This document shows, piece by piece, positions 1-8,558 of a DNA stretch of 26,739 nt (within the stretch, counting starts at the first letter, position 1; every line of letters starts with the position of its first letter). The notes beneath the pieces were generated by a model, which was not told the DNA's origin, searched no databases, and worked only from the letters and a program-made list of their open reading frames with translations. The stretch is from the NCBI GenBank assembly GCA_040222015.1, contig JAVJWO010000183.1, forward strand, positions 1 through 26,739, read 5' to 3'. The stretch comes from Coleofasciculus chthonoplastes F2-STO-03 (GTDB lineage: Bacteria > Cyanobacteriota > Cyanobacteriia > Cyanobacteriales > Coleofasciculaceae). The position numbers and the translations under genes were made by a program.

Positions 1-1
1 A

Positions 2-187
2 AATAATCCTGATAATCCTGCTTCTGTGAATCCAGAAGACAATCTAAATAATCCTGATAATCCTGCTTCTGTGAATCCAGAAGACAATCTAAATAATCCT
101 GATAATCCTGCTTCTGTGAATCCAGAAGACAATCTAGACAATCCCGATAATCCTGCTTCTGTGAATCCAGAAGACAATCTGAATAAT
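2..187 (+). repeat. 45-bp coding tandem repeat (NNPDNPASVNPEDNL), at least 4 copies, probably continuing off the window
   Basis: Unit aataatcctgataatcctgcttctgtgaatccagaagacaatcta at 2-46, 47-91, 92-136; slightly diverged copy at 137-181. Confidence 0.95.
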
Positions 188-1654
188 TCCAGCGATACAA
201 GTCTCTCTGAACCGACAAATCAACCAATTAACTCCAGTAATCCTAGCCCAAGCGAAACCAACAGTAATTCATCTGTCTCCGCTGAAACCCCATCCAATGA
301 AACGAATAGCAATCCATCCACTCCCGCTAACAACTCATCCAGCGAAGCCTCATCACCCGCTTCTTCTGATGACTCATCCCTCCAATCTGTTGACGCCTCA
401 GAGGAAAACTTTACCCGGCAATTTGTAGACTATTTAGGCTTACCTACGGATATTCCTCTAGTCACACTCGCCAAAAGCCGGGATATTCTCAGCAACATCG
501 AGAAAACTACAGGAGTTAAACCCGCACTGCTTTATATCAGTTTTGTCCCGCAAGAGATTTCTAATCAGGCGGAAAATCCATCATCTTCAAGCCAAAATTA
601 TCCTACCCAAACCCGCAATCCTGAAGACCAAGTAGAATTACTACTCGTTACCTCTAATGGATTACCCATTCGCAAACGACTGACGGGAATCACTCGCCAA
701 CAAGTTCTCAAGGTTGCGGATCAGTTTCGCTTAGAAGTTACCAATGTTCGCAGTCGCAAAGGCTACATTCTGCCCGGAAAACGACTCTATGATTGGCTGG
801 TTGCTCCCATGGAAGCTGAACTGCAAGCTCTAGGTATCGAAAACGTAACGTTTATAGTAGATTACGGTTTACGCTCTATTCCTATGGCGGCTCTTTACGA
901 TGGGCAACAGTTTTTAATTGAGAAATATAGTGTTGGCTTAATGCCGAGTTTAAGCCTAGTCAACCCGAACTACAAACCCATTGAAAACATGGAAGTTTTA
1001 GCTATGGGTGCTGCACTATTTACTGACCAAAAGCCCTTACCTGCGGTTCCCGTAGAATTATCAGAAATCACCCAGTCTCTGTGGGAAGGCAAATCTTTTC
1101 TTAACGATGCTTTTACCCTAGAAAATCTAAAATCACAACGTCAACAGCAACCCTTTGGCATTATCCACTTAGCCACTCATGCTAATTTCCAATCTGGAGC
1201 ACCGAATAATTCTTATATCCAACTTTGGGATAGGAAGCTGCGACTCAACCAATTACCTCAATTAGATTGGAATAATCCCCCCGTCGAATTATTAGTCCTC
1301 AGTGCTTGTCGCACCGCTTTGGGGAATGAGGAAGCAGAATTGGGTTTTGCTGGATTAGCGGTTAAAGCGGGTGCAAAATCAGCCTTAGGAAGTTTATGGT
1401 ATGTCAGTGATGAGGGAACTCTAGGATTAATGACCCAACTCTATCAAACCCTCAAACAAGCCCCTATTAAAGCAGAAGCGCTGCAGCAAACTCAACTGGC
1501 GATGTTGCAGGGACAAGTTTATCTCGAAGGGGGTCAACTGATTGTGGGTGATAAATCAATCGCGTTACCGCCAGAATTAGCTAGACTCGGAGACGGTAAC
1601 TTTGAACATCCTTATTACTGGAGTGCGTTCACTATGGTTGGTAGTCCTTGGTAA
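2..1654 (+). CDS. CHAT domain (caspase-like HetF family) protein, 5'-truncated by the window edge; Asn/Pro/Ser-rich repetitive linker precedes the CHAT domain
   Basis: Frame is open from position 2, so the true start lies upstream. CHAT motifs LYDWLVAP, IPMAALYDG, IIHLATHA (His), LVLSACRTALG (Cys), SLWYVSD, HPYYWSAF. Confidence 0.9.
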   Translation, partial: NNPDNPASVNPEDNLNNPDNPASVNPEDNLNNPDNPASVNPEDNLDNPDNPASVNPEDNLNNSSDTSLSEPTNQPINSSNPSPSETNSNSSVSAETPSNETNSNPSTPANNSSSEASSPASSDDSSLQSVDASEENFTRQFVDYLGLPTDIPLVTLAKSRDILSNIEKTTGVKPALLYISFVPQEISNQAENPSSSSQNYPTQTRNPEDQVELLLVTSNGLPIRKRLTGITRQQVLKVADQFRLEVTNVRSRKGYILPGKRLYDWLVAPMEAELQALGIENVTFIVDYGLRSIPMAALYDGQQFLIEKYSVGLMPSLSLVNPNYKPIENMEVLAMGAALFTDQKPLPAVPVELSEITQSLWEGKSFLNDAFTLENLKSQRQQQPFGIIHLATHANFQSGAPNNSYIQLWDRKLRLNQLPQLDWNNPPVELLVLSACRTALGNEEAELGFAGLAVKAGAKSALGSLWYVSDEGTLGLMTQLYQTLKQAPIKAEALQQTQLAMLQGQVYLEGGQLIVGDKSIALPPELARLGDGNFEHPYYWSAFTMVGSPW

Positions 1655-1720
1655 TTTGTCATTTATCATTTATCCTTCGTCATTTATCCTTCGTCATTTG
1701 TCATTTGTCATTTATCATTT
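1655..1720. repeat. STRR-type heptamer tract (TTGTCAT/TTATCAT/TTATCCT/TCGTCAT variants)
   Basis: About 9 degenerate 7-mers directly after the CHAT stop codon. Related short tracts at 3532-3555, 6377-6398 and 17640-17673. Confidence 0.85.
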
Positions 1721-1721
1721 G

Positions 1722-1792
1722 GTCGGGGCGGGTTTTGCAGCCAAGCTAGGGATAACATAACAATCAATATTAGTCCCTAAACCCGCCCCTAC
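1722..1792. repeat. REP-like element, family A (GT[AC]GGGGCGGGTTT-loop-AAACCCGCCCCTAC), copy 1
   Basis: Inverted 14-bp arms around a 43-nt loop; same arms at 3557, 6069 and 15065. Confidence 0.85.
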
Positions 1793-1863
1793 AGACAAAC
1801 GCTTCTGGCATCACGTCTGGAACATGACTCCCCTATCTTCATCATCTCCCCATCACCCCCTAT

Positions 1864-2430
1864 CTAGCAGAATCCCCATCGACAAGAGGTTCGTCGATAG
1901 AAGTGCAATCGTCCCACACCCAGATATAATCCATAGGGTTTTTCTCCTGCCGGAAAAGCGGTTACACCAAATAAATAAACTCCGCCCCAATAGGGATTAT
2001 GCTGTGGCTGAAGACCAATAGTAAATGTGGTTCCCGGAGAAATCGGTTCGGCAAAACTAACAGAAACCGTTTTGGTTGTATCATCTCTGGTTACCGATTG
2101 CAACGGCAATTGTTCGCCTTTATTTCGAGCGGTTCCGGTAAATGCTAAAGTATGATCAAGTCGAAAACGGATAGTTTCGCTTCCTTCCCGTTGACTAATC
2201 GTCACTTTCTGTAAGGGTTCACCCGCATTTTCTGGAAGTTCTAGGGTGAAATAATATTTAGCCCCCCATACTCCCACATGATCCAACGTGGTGAATACAT
2301 TAATCAAGCGCGGCGATTTTTCAAAGGAAACGGTACCATCAGCTTGCTGAACAGCGTGAATCGGGGCAATTGGCATTCCCCAGAGACTCGCTGTACTAAG
2401 GGTTAGGGCTAATACAGTGGAAACACGCAT
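1864..2430 (-). CDS. DUF2808-family secreted protein
   Basis: Signal peptide MRVSTVLALTLSTASLW, then F..SPRL, YYFTLELPENAGEPLQKVTISQ, PISPGTTFTIGL, NP..GGVYLFGVTAFPAGE. ATG at 2430 preferred over the TTG at 2448. Confidence 0.85.
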   Translation of the reverse strand: MRVSTVLALTLSTASLWGMPIAPIHAVQQADGTVSFEKSPRLINVFTTLDHVGVWGAKYYFTLELPENAGEPLQKVTISQREGSETIRFRLDHTLAFTGTARNKGEQLPLQSVTRDDTTKTVSVSFAEPISPGTTFTIGLQPQHNPYWGGVYLFGVTAFPAGEKPYGLYLGVGRLHFYRRTSCRWGFC

Positions 2431-2487
2431 AACTCCATGTTTGCCCAACTACTGCCATGGGCTACTTACTGTTTATAATATTCGACA

Positions 2488-2748
2488 TTACAAATCTGGG
2501 GGGCGATCGCGGTTAGTCAATTCCGAGGGAGGGCGATCGCTACTCCAAGCCCACCACACTTTACCACACTGGCATTGATAGAACTCTTGCCACTTCTTGC
2601 GATAATCTTCAGTCAGGACTGGCGATTGTCGATTAATCCAAACCCGTTGAGCTTCCATAGAAGAAGCATGACAGGTGGGACAGCAAAACTCTACTGCATG
2701 AGTAGCTGATTTCGTCCATTGCGGCGGAAATGGGGTGAAAGCGTCCAT
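2488..2748 (-). CDS. Small conserved cyanobacterial hypothetical protein with a zinc-ribbon-like Cys pattern
   Basis: 86 aa, ATG start, CCPTC ... CQCG motifs, Trp-rich. Divergent from the DUF3318 gene. Confidence 0.8.
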   Translation of the reverse strand: MDAFTPFPPQWTKSATHAVEFCCPTCHASSMEAQRVWINRQSPVLTEDYRKKWQEFYQCQCGKVWWAWSSDRPPSELTNRDRPPDL

Positions 2749-2923
2749 AGTCTATCGCTGGGTTGTCGCTGGCGGGGAATGTCTGATTTTGACAATCTCC
2801 TGTGCCTATTTTACGGGTTTCCTTGCTCAGACGTTTTGAGTTTTCCTGTAGGCGTGAGATAGTTGGAAAAACGAGTGTTTTAACTTTATCCCATAAATCC
2901 TCTAAGTTTAAGTTCCTCGGCTG

Positions 2924-3532
2924 ATGAATCCAGAGCCAGAAATTCGCCGTTTGCGTGATCTAATGCCCGCCTCTGGGCGAATGCTGACCAAAATTATCAG
3001 TAAACCGCAACAGACGGCGGTGATTGAAACTCCTTTCCCGATGCCTTGGTTGAGAGATCGTCCAATCTATATTAACTTTGATCTGTGGCGTCGCTTACCC
3101 AGACCGCAACGGGATATGCTGATCCTCAGCATCGTGAGTTGGTTGATTACGATCAAATGGTTTAAGCCAGATTTATATCAAGGCGTCGTCATTGCCGGAT
3201 TGTTAGGGGGAATGGTAGAACTGGTGCAAGGTGATGCGGTGGGTGTTGTCGTGGCGACGGGATTGAGTGCGATCGCGGGGAGTCAAATTTGGCGCAGCAC
3301 TCGCAGTTGTCAAACCCACCTAGATGCGGATACCGATGCGATCAAAGTCGCCCTGCGGCGTGGCTATACCGAAACAGAAGCGGCACAGCATCTATTAGCA
3401 GCAATTGAATCCGTGGCTGAGATAGAAGGACGACTAAGTTTAAATTTTACCGAATTAATTCGCTCTCAAAACCTGAGAGCGATCGCGGGTATTTCCCCTG
3501 TGGGGGTTCCGGAGAGTGTGAGACAGAAATAG
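2924..3532 (+). CDS. DUF3318-family membrane protein
   Basis: EIRRLRDLMPASGRM N-terminus, IYINFDLW, central hydrophobic hairpin, ELIRSQNLRAIAG C-terminus. Confidence 0.85.
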   Translation: MNPEPEIRRLRDLMPASGRMLTKIISKPQQTAVIETPFPMPWLRDRPIYINFDLWRRLPRPQRDMLILSIVSWLITIKWFKPDLYQGVVIAGLLGGMVELVQGDAVGVVVATGLSAIAGSQIWRSTRSCQTHLDADTDAIKVALRRGYTETEAAQHLLAAIESVAEIEGRLSLNFTELIRSQNLRAIAGISPVGVPESVRQK

Positions 3533-3556
3533 TCATTCGTCATTTGTCATTCATCA

Positions 3557-3614
3557 GGGCGGGTTTAGTCACATCTGGGTGGCAACAAATGTTAGTAGTC
3601 AAACCCGCCCCTAC
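3557..3614. repeat. REP-like element, family A, copy 2
   Basis: gggcgggttt (3557-3566), 34-nt loop, aaacccgcccctac (3601-3614). Confidence 0.85.
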
Positions 3615-3738
3615 AAACTAGGTTCCCTCGAAGATCGTGAAGGGTTAAAACTCAACACTCACCCACCTAGGGGAAGTTAAGTTTTGATAACTTTAGCCAT
3701 CCTGTTGATGGAAGCCGATCGCTCTTAGCTATGAAATC

Positions 3739-5994
3739 TTGAATATTAATTACGGTGAAGATTTAATTTTGTCCATATTTCCTGGGAGTCAGCAGCGTTT
3801 CTGGCGATACCTGATCACAGTGGCTCTAGTCGCGATCGCTCATAAGGGTAGCGCTCATTTTACCTTGTCTTGGTTGGGATTGGGCGCTGAAGCGTCTCCA
3901 GTGTGGCCCAGTGCGGGGATTGCTCTGGCTGTCCTTTTTTTGCAGGGAAAACGGCTGTGGGTTGGTGTGGCGATTGGTGCATTTTGGCTCAATCTGTCTC
4001 TGGGAGCCTCATTTTTGGTGTCTCTGGGTTCGGTAATCGGCTGTACGTTACAAGCTGTCGTCGGTGCGATGGGGTTGCGTCGTCTGGATTTTAACCCGAC
4101 GTTAGAACGCCTCAAGGATGCTTATGCTCTAATTATCTTCGGCGCGATCATTGCTCCCTTCATTAACGCCACGATTAGTACGCTAGTGAATTGCTGGGTG
4201 AATTTTATTCCGTGGCATCAATTTGGACTGAATTGGGGAACGCTTTGGTTAGGAGACAGTATGGGAATCTTAGTCTTTACTCCCTTACTGCTATTAATTT
4301 CCCAGGAATCTCCTCAGCGAATTTTGCCGCCAAATTATCCACGCCAACAGATTTTAGAAGCCGTCCTGGGTTGGGGTCTACTCTGGGTGTTCAGTTGGCT
4401 AGTTTTCCAGTCTCGAACTACCTTTGCCCTCTCCGATTATCCCCTAGAATATTTACCCTTTCCCTTAGTCGTTTGGGCGGCGCTGCGATTTCGGGTGTGG
4501 GGTGCGGTTCTTGCCAGTTTAATCGTTTCCGGAATGGCAATTGGCGGCACCCTCCAAGGGATTGGACCCTTTGTGGTGAAAACGGGAAGTACCCTAGGGG
4601 CAATTTTACTGCTACAAACGTTTATGGCAGTGGTAACCATAACCGCCTTAGTTTTAGCCGCCGCCATGTCAGAGCGTCAACAGGCAGAACATCAACTCCG
4701 GGCTACCTTAGAACGCGATCGCTTGTTAGCGGAGATTGCCCTGCGGATTCGTCAATCCTTGGATTTAGACCAGATTTTGCAAACCACTGTTGTGGAAGTG
4801 CGGCAATTATTACAGGCAGATCGGGTCTATATCAGTTATCTAGATAAAAATAACCACAGTAAAATTGCTGCCGAATCTGTCGCCTCTGCTTATAAATCTC
4901 TGTTGGGATGGAAACCCTCAGAGAAACTGTTACAAGAAACCCAAGAATTATTTGCCCAGCGTCAAATTTTAATCCGGTATAATACGGAGCGGGTTAATGT
5001 AACGCCCTATCTCAAAGACTTTTATCGGTGCTACCAGATTAAAGCTACCCTGGCAATTCCGTTAATTCTCGATGAGCAACTATTTGGACTCTTGGCAGTC
5101 CATCAATGCCACCGTTCCCGTCATTGGCAATCCTTTGAGGTGGATTGGTTAAGACGATTAGCGGTTCAAGTCACCATTGCCATTCAACAAGCTCAACTTT
5201 ACCAACAAGTCCAAGGGCTTAATAGTAATCTAGAACATCAAGTGGCGGAACGCACCGTTCAACTTGAGGAAAAAATGCAGGAATTGCAACGGCTTTACGA
5301 ACTCAAAGATGTGTTTTTACAAGCAGTTTCCCATGATCTACGAACATCAATGATGGGCTTAATTCTGATGTTGAAGGGAACCCAAAACTGCTCTGGTGAA
5401 ACCGTTGCCCTGCCGAGCAGAATTCTGGATCGGCTGATTGAAAATAGCGATCGCCAATTGACGTTGATTAATGCCTTATCTGAAGACCATTTTAACCAAG
5501 GGCGGAAAATAGAACTCCACTGTCAACCTTTATGCTTAAATGAACTCCTCAGCCAAATCCTGGCTGATTTGCAGCCGTTATTCAGCAGTAACCACGCTCA
5601 ATTAACGACGGTTATTCCCAAAACCTTACCCCCGGTTAAAGCTGATCCAACTCAACTGCGGTGTGTGTTTCATCATCTATTGACGAATGCCCTTAAACAC
5701 AATCTACCGGGGGTTAAGATTACGCTGACAGTAAGGGTTGAGAGGGATATGCTTCATTGTGCGATCGCGGATAATGGGGTAGGGATGAGCAAACAGCAGT
5801 GCGATCGGCTTTTTAAGCTTTATGTTCGCGGATTGCACTCTCAACACTTAACCGGAATTGGTTTAGGCTTATATTTATGTCGGCAAATTATTAATGCTCA
5901 CGGGGGACAAATTAGTGTTACCAGTGTGCCAACACAAGGATCAACCTTTAACTTTTCGCTTCCTTTGTATAGGAGTAAGGTGGGTATTGCGTAA
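3739..5994 (+). CDS. Sensor histidine kinase: MASE1 membrane domain, GAF, HisKA, HATPase
   Basis: MASE1 motifs SPVWPSAGIALA, WLGDSMGILVFTP and FPLVVWAALRF; GAF IRQSLDLDQILQTTV.EVRQLLQADRV...LFGLLAVHQC; H-box SHDLRT; N/G boxes LLTNALKH, DNGVGM, GIGLGL. Start may be the TTG at 3769. Confidence 0.93.
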   Translation: MNINYGEDLILSIFPGSQQRFWRYLITVALVAIAHKGSAHFTLSWLGLGAEASPVWPSAGIALAVLFLQGKRLWVGVAIGAFWLNLSLGASFLVSLGSVIGCTLQAVVGAMGLRRLDFNPTLERLKDAYALIIFGAIIAPFINATISTLVNCWVNFIPWHQFGLNWGTLWLGDSMGILVFTPLLLLISQESPQRILPPNYPRQQILEAVLGWGLLWVFSWLVFQSRTTFALSDYPLEYLPFPLVVWAALRFRVWGAVLASLIVSGMAIGGTLQGIGPFVVKTGSTLGAILLLQTFMAVVTITALVLAAAMSERQQAEHQLRATLERDRLLAEIALRIRQSLDLDQILQTTVVEVRQLLQADRVYISYLDKNNHSKIAAESVASAYKSLLGWKPSEKLLQETQELFAQRQILIRYNTERVNVTPYLKDFYRCYQIKATLAIPLILDEQLFGLLAVHQCHRSRHWQSFEVDWLRRLAVQVTIAIQQAQLYQQVQGLNSNLEHQVAERTVQLEEKMQELQRLYELKDVFLQAVSHDLRTSMMGLILMLKGTQNCSGETVALPSRILDRLIENSDRQLTLINALSEDHFNQGRKIELHCQPLCLNELLSQILADLQPLFSSNHAQLTTVIPKTLPPVKADPTQLRCVFHHLLTNALKHNLPGVKITLTVRVERDMLHCAIADNGVGMSKQQCDRLFKLYVRGLHSQHLTGIGLGLYLCRQIINAHGGQISVTSVPTQGSTFNFSLPLYRSKVGIA

Positions 5995-6031
5995 GGTGGG
6001 TATTGCGTAAGGTGGGCATTGCCCACCCTAC
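5975..6031 (+). repeat. REP-like element (GTAAGGTGGGCATTGCCCACCCTAC) preceded by two tandem 16-bp copies of its left half
   Basis: gtaaggtgggtattgc at 5975-5990 and 5991-6006; full palindrome at 6007-6031. Confidence 0.85.
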
Positions 6032-6068
6032 TACTGGCGTGGCACACCTTATTTGGTTGATTAGAATT

Positions 6069-6133
6069 GTCGGGGCGGGTTTAGGGATTAATCGTCATGG
6101 TTTCTCCTCACTGAAGTACAAAACCCGCCCTAC
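6069..6133. repeat. REP-like element, family A, copy 3
   Basis: gtcggggcgggttt, 38-nt loop, aaacccgccctac. Confidence 0.85.
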
Positions 6134-6190
6134 CTCTAAATCCCATTCATCATCCAAAATGGAATATAGCGTTTTCATTGGAGTTTACCC

Positions 6191-6373
6191 ATGAACATCC
6201 CCACCGCCCTAGTCAATGAACTGAAGCTCTACCTCAAACACCGAACCGACAATGGTGATCTGGAAGCGAAAACCTTATTAACTCAAATTGAACAGTTCAC
6301 TAGCTCACCCACAGCCGCAGAGGAACAAGCCTTGTATTCCCAACCGCCAGCGGGGTTAGATGTAGGATGTTAG
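6191..6373 (+). CDS. Small hypothetical protein (60 aa)
   Basis: ATG with GGAG about 7 nt upstream; amphipathic helical sequence; fills the gap between a REP and the convergent gene. Confidence 0.55.
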   Translation: MNIPTALVNELKLYLKHRTDNGDLEAKTLLTQIEQFTSSPTAAEEQALYSQPPAGLDVGC

Positions 6374-6395
6374 TATTTTCGTCATTTGTCCTTTG

Positions 6396-6989
6396 TCAGA
6401 ACAAGTTTTCTCGACAGATATTCAACATCCGCTGATCATTCTCACTCAGTTGACCAACGGGTTGATACTGATCAAGCTTAACGGTATAGGGATAGGATAA
6501 GGATTCGTAAGTGCGATCGAGATTAAGCTGTCTCCCCGCCGCCGCTACCGAGGTTTGTTGCTGATTCTCGATAGTATGAGCTAAAGCGGTTTGATCGTAG
6601 GGGTTAACAACTCGGAGATTCATCTGTTTAGATTCTAAAGTGCCATGAAAACAGCTAAATTCAGAGTCAGGTAAGTAAAGTGCCCCAACTAGCTGTCCTT
6701 GATTGGCTTGAAATACAATATATTCTTGACCAATTTGATTGGGTTGGGAGGATTCACCGTAAAGGTACGTGCCATCTGGGATTAAAGTAGCTGAAGCGGA
6801 TACAGTAGATGGATTCGTTTCCCCAGTGGAACTATCCACGGCTTGCTTGAGTTGTTGAGCGACGGCGATGGGTCTACTGGAGACATTCATTGTAAGTCCG
6901 ACGGTGAGCAGTAACCCGGTTAGGGGTAAACGCCAAGGGAAAGACGGTTGACGTTGGGACTGGAAAAACTCAATGAATCGGCTAATCAC
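6396..6989 (-). CDS. Conserved cyanobacterial exported hypothetical protein
   Basis: GTG start with strong AAGGAGG RBS; N-terminal hydrophobic segment; DGTYLYGES..PNQIGQEYIVF...GALYLPDSEFSCF.G motif; Cys near the C-terminus. Confidence 0.85.
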   Translation of the reverse strand: MISRFIEFFQSQRQPSFPWRLPLTGLLLTVGLTMNVSSRPIAVAQQLKQAVDSSTGETNPSTVSASATLIPDGTYLYGESSQPNQIGQEYIVFQANQGQLVGALYLPDSEFSCFHGTLESKQMNLRVVNPYDQTALAHTIENQQQTSVAAAGRQLNLDRTYESLSYPYTVKLDQYQPVGQLSENDQRMLNICRENLF

Positions 6990-7390
6990 CGTGGTTGCCT
7001 CCTTGAAAATAATATCGAAACACCCTTAAAAAATCTGGAATTTTAGTACACAGTTGGTAGCCGCCCTAATTTGTTAAAGTAGATTTAAGCTAAAGTAGAC
7101 GTTAGCAGGCATCCTTACTTTCTATCTAACCGTGAACCTGTCTCTGGTTTTCGCTGCCTTTATCCGGTTTCTCAACCGTCACAGCTTGTATGGGCAAAAT
7201 TACGCGGGTTTGTAATTGGATTGAAGTATGCATCTCTCTCTAGTTACACAATAAGGGATGATCCTTCAGTGGCGATTCCCTCGAAGGAATGAAAGTTAAC
7301 TCACCCAGCAGAATATTTTTCTACGGACACAGTATTTTCAGGAGCTTCAATCGCTAGTCTAGGGATTGCCTAAAAACTTAATATTTTTTT

Positions 7391-7424
7391 ACAAAAAAAG
7401 TGGTAGCACAATTTGCTACCACTT
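7391..7424 (-). terminator. Rho-independent terminator downstream of sigB
   Basis: 11-bp perfect stem aagtggtagca/tgctaccactt (7398-7424) with a 5-nt loop, followed by a T7 run on the minus strand. Confidence 0.85.
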
Positions 7425-7463
7425 CGACAGAATATCGCCAACTTGAATGTTCGGAAACAGTCT

Positions 7464-7516
7464 TTAAACCCGTTTTAACGGGTTTAAGCTTTGAGCCAGA
7501 ACTTTAGTTCTTGGCT
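7464..7516. repeat. Twin-hairpin REP-like element in the sigB 3' region
   Basis: ttaaacccgtt-tt-aacgggtttaa (7464-7487), then agccagaact-tt-agttcttggct (7494-7516). Confidence 0.6.
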
Positions 7517-7574
7517 AAACTTGTCGTAGGGGATGCCAACGTTGATGGCGAAGACAGCGCAACGACAAACAAAC

Positions 7575-8558
7575 TTAACTCGCTATATATTCCCGCACAG
7601 TGGCATGGCGTCGTCTGAGTTGGGCTAAAGCTTGATGCTCTAACTGGCGTACCCGCTCGCGACTGAGATTGAGCCTCTGTCCGACTTTTGCCAGAGACAG
7701 TTCATTCCCATCTTCTAAGCCAAAGCGAAGTGCCAAGACTTCCCGTTGTTGGGGGGTTAATTCTGCCAGCAGATTATCTAAATCTTGGCGCAGGGATTCC
7801 TGGGTGGTGTAATGAACCGGTGTCGGTCCACTATCTTCCAACAGATCAGATAATTCTGTATCTTGGTTATCCCCCACTCGCACATCTAGGGATACGGGTT
7901 GACGGGCGATGCTCAAATATTCGCGAATTTGGGCAGGTTCTAACTCCAACTCTTGACCAATCTCAGTTGGTGTGGCGTTACGCCCCAATCTCTGAGACAG
8001 TTCCCGTTGAACCTTTTTGATCTTATTCAGCTTTTCGGTAATGTGAATCGGTAACCGAATCGCACGGGCTTGTTGGGCGATGGCGCGAGTAATGGCTTGA
8101 CGAATCCACCAGTAAGCATAAGTAGAGAACTTATACCCTCGCGTTGGGTCAAATTTCTCCACGCCTCGCTCTAATCCCAGGGTGCCTTCCTGAATCAAGT
8201 CCAGGAATTCCATGTTACGCTTCTGATACTTTTTCGCGATCGCAACCACTAGGCGCAGATTCGCTTCGATCATTTTACGCTTGGCTCGAGTTCCCTGGTT
8301 TATAATTTTCTTAAGGGCTGATTCCTCTAAATCAACGTGATCTGCCCACTCCTGTATCGTCGGTTCGCGCTCTAAGGTTTCCGCTAAGGCTTCTTTTGCC
8401 TCCAAGAGCGGCATCATCTGCTGCACTTGCTTACCATAGACAATTTCTTGCTCATGGGTCAGTAGTGGCACGCGACCGATTTCATGCAGATACGTGCGAA
8501 CCATATCTGCCGAAAATGTGGGCTTGGTCGTTTTGGGTTTGGTGTTAACAGTGGGCAT
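7575..8558 (-). CDS. sigB: Group 2 RNA polymerase sigma factor, SigB type
   Basis: ADMVRTYLHEIGRVPLLTHEQEI (region 1.2, SigB-like), ANLRLVVAIAKKY, DLIQEG, KFSTYAYWWIRQAITRAI, region 4 LSRERVRQLE. ATG at 8558 (MPTVN) preferred. Confidence 0.92.
   Translation of the reverse strand: MPTVNTKPKTTKPTFSADMVRTYLHEIGRVPLLTHEQEIVYGKQVQQMMPLLEAKEALAETLEREPTIQEWADHVDLEESALKKIINQGTRAKRKMIEANLRLVVAIAKKYQKRNMEFLDLIQEGTLGLERGVEKFDPTRGYKFSTYAYWWIRQAITRAIAQQARAIRLPIHITEKLNKIKKVQRELSQRLGRNATPTEIGQELELEPAQIREYLSIARQPVSLDVRVGDNQDTELSDLLEDSGPTPVHYTTQESLRQDLDNLLAELTPQQREVLALRFGLEDGNELSLAKVGQRLNLSRERVRQLEHQALAQLRRRHATVREYIAS

Noticed and set aside
2..187. Possible CRISPR array
   Set aside because: Units are contiguous with no spacers and are in-frame coding repeats; no cas genes in the window.
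4191..4847. 218-aa alternative-frame ORF and other short ORFs inside the kinase
   Set aside because: Fully overlap a well-supported CDS; no recognisable motifs or RBS.
7128..7186. Hammerhead ribozyme or c-di-GMP-I riboswitch
   Set aside because: CTGTGA-stem-GATA departs from the required CUGANGA-stem-GAAA core, and the GEMM GGCAAAC...GAAA...GACGCAAA pattern is absent. Kept only as an unnamed RNA candidate.
3623..7306. Shared ttccctcgaag...actcaccca words at ~3623 and ~7276 as a regulatory motif
   Set aside because: Only two loosely spaced instances; cannot be distinguished from chance without a genome-wide search.
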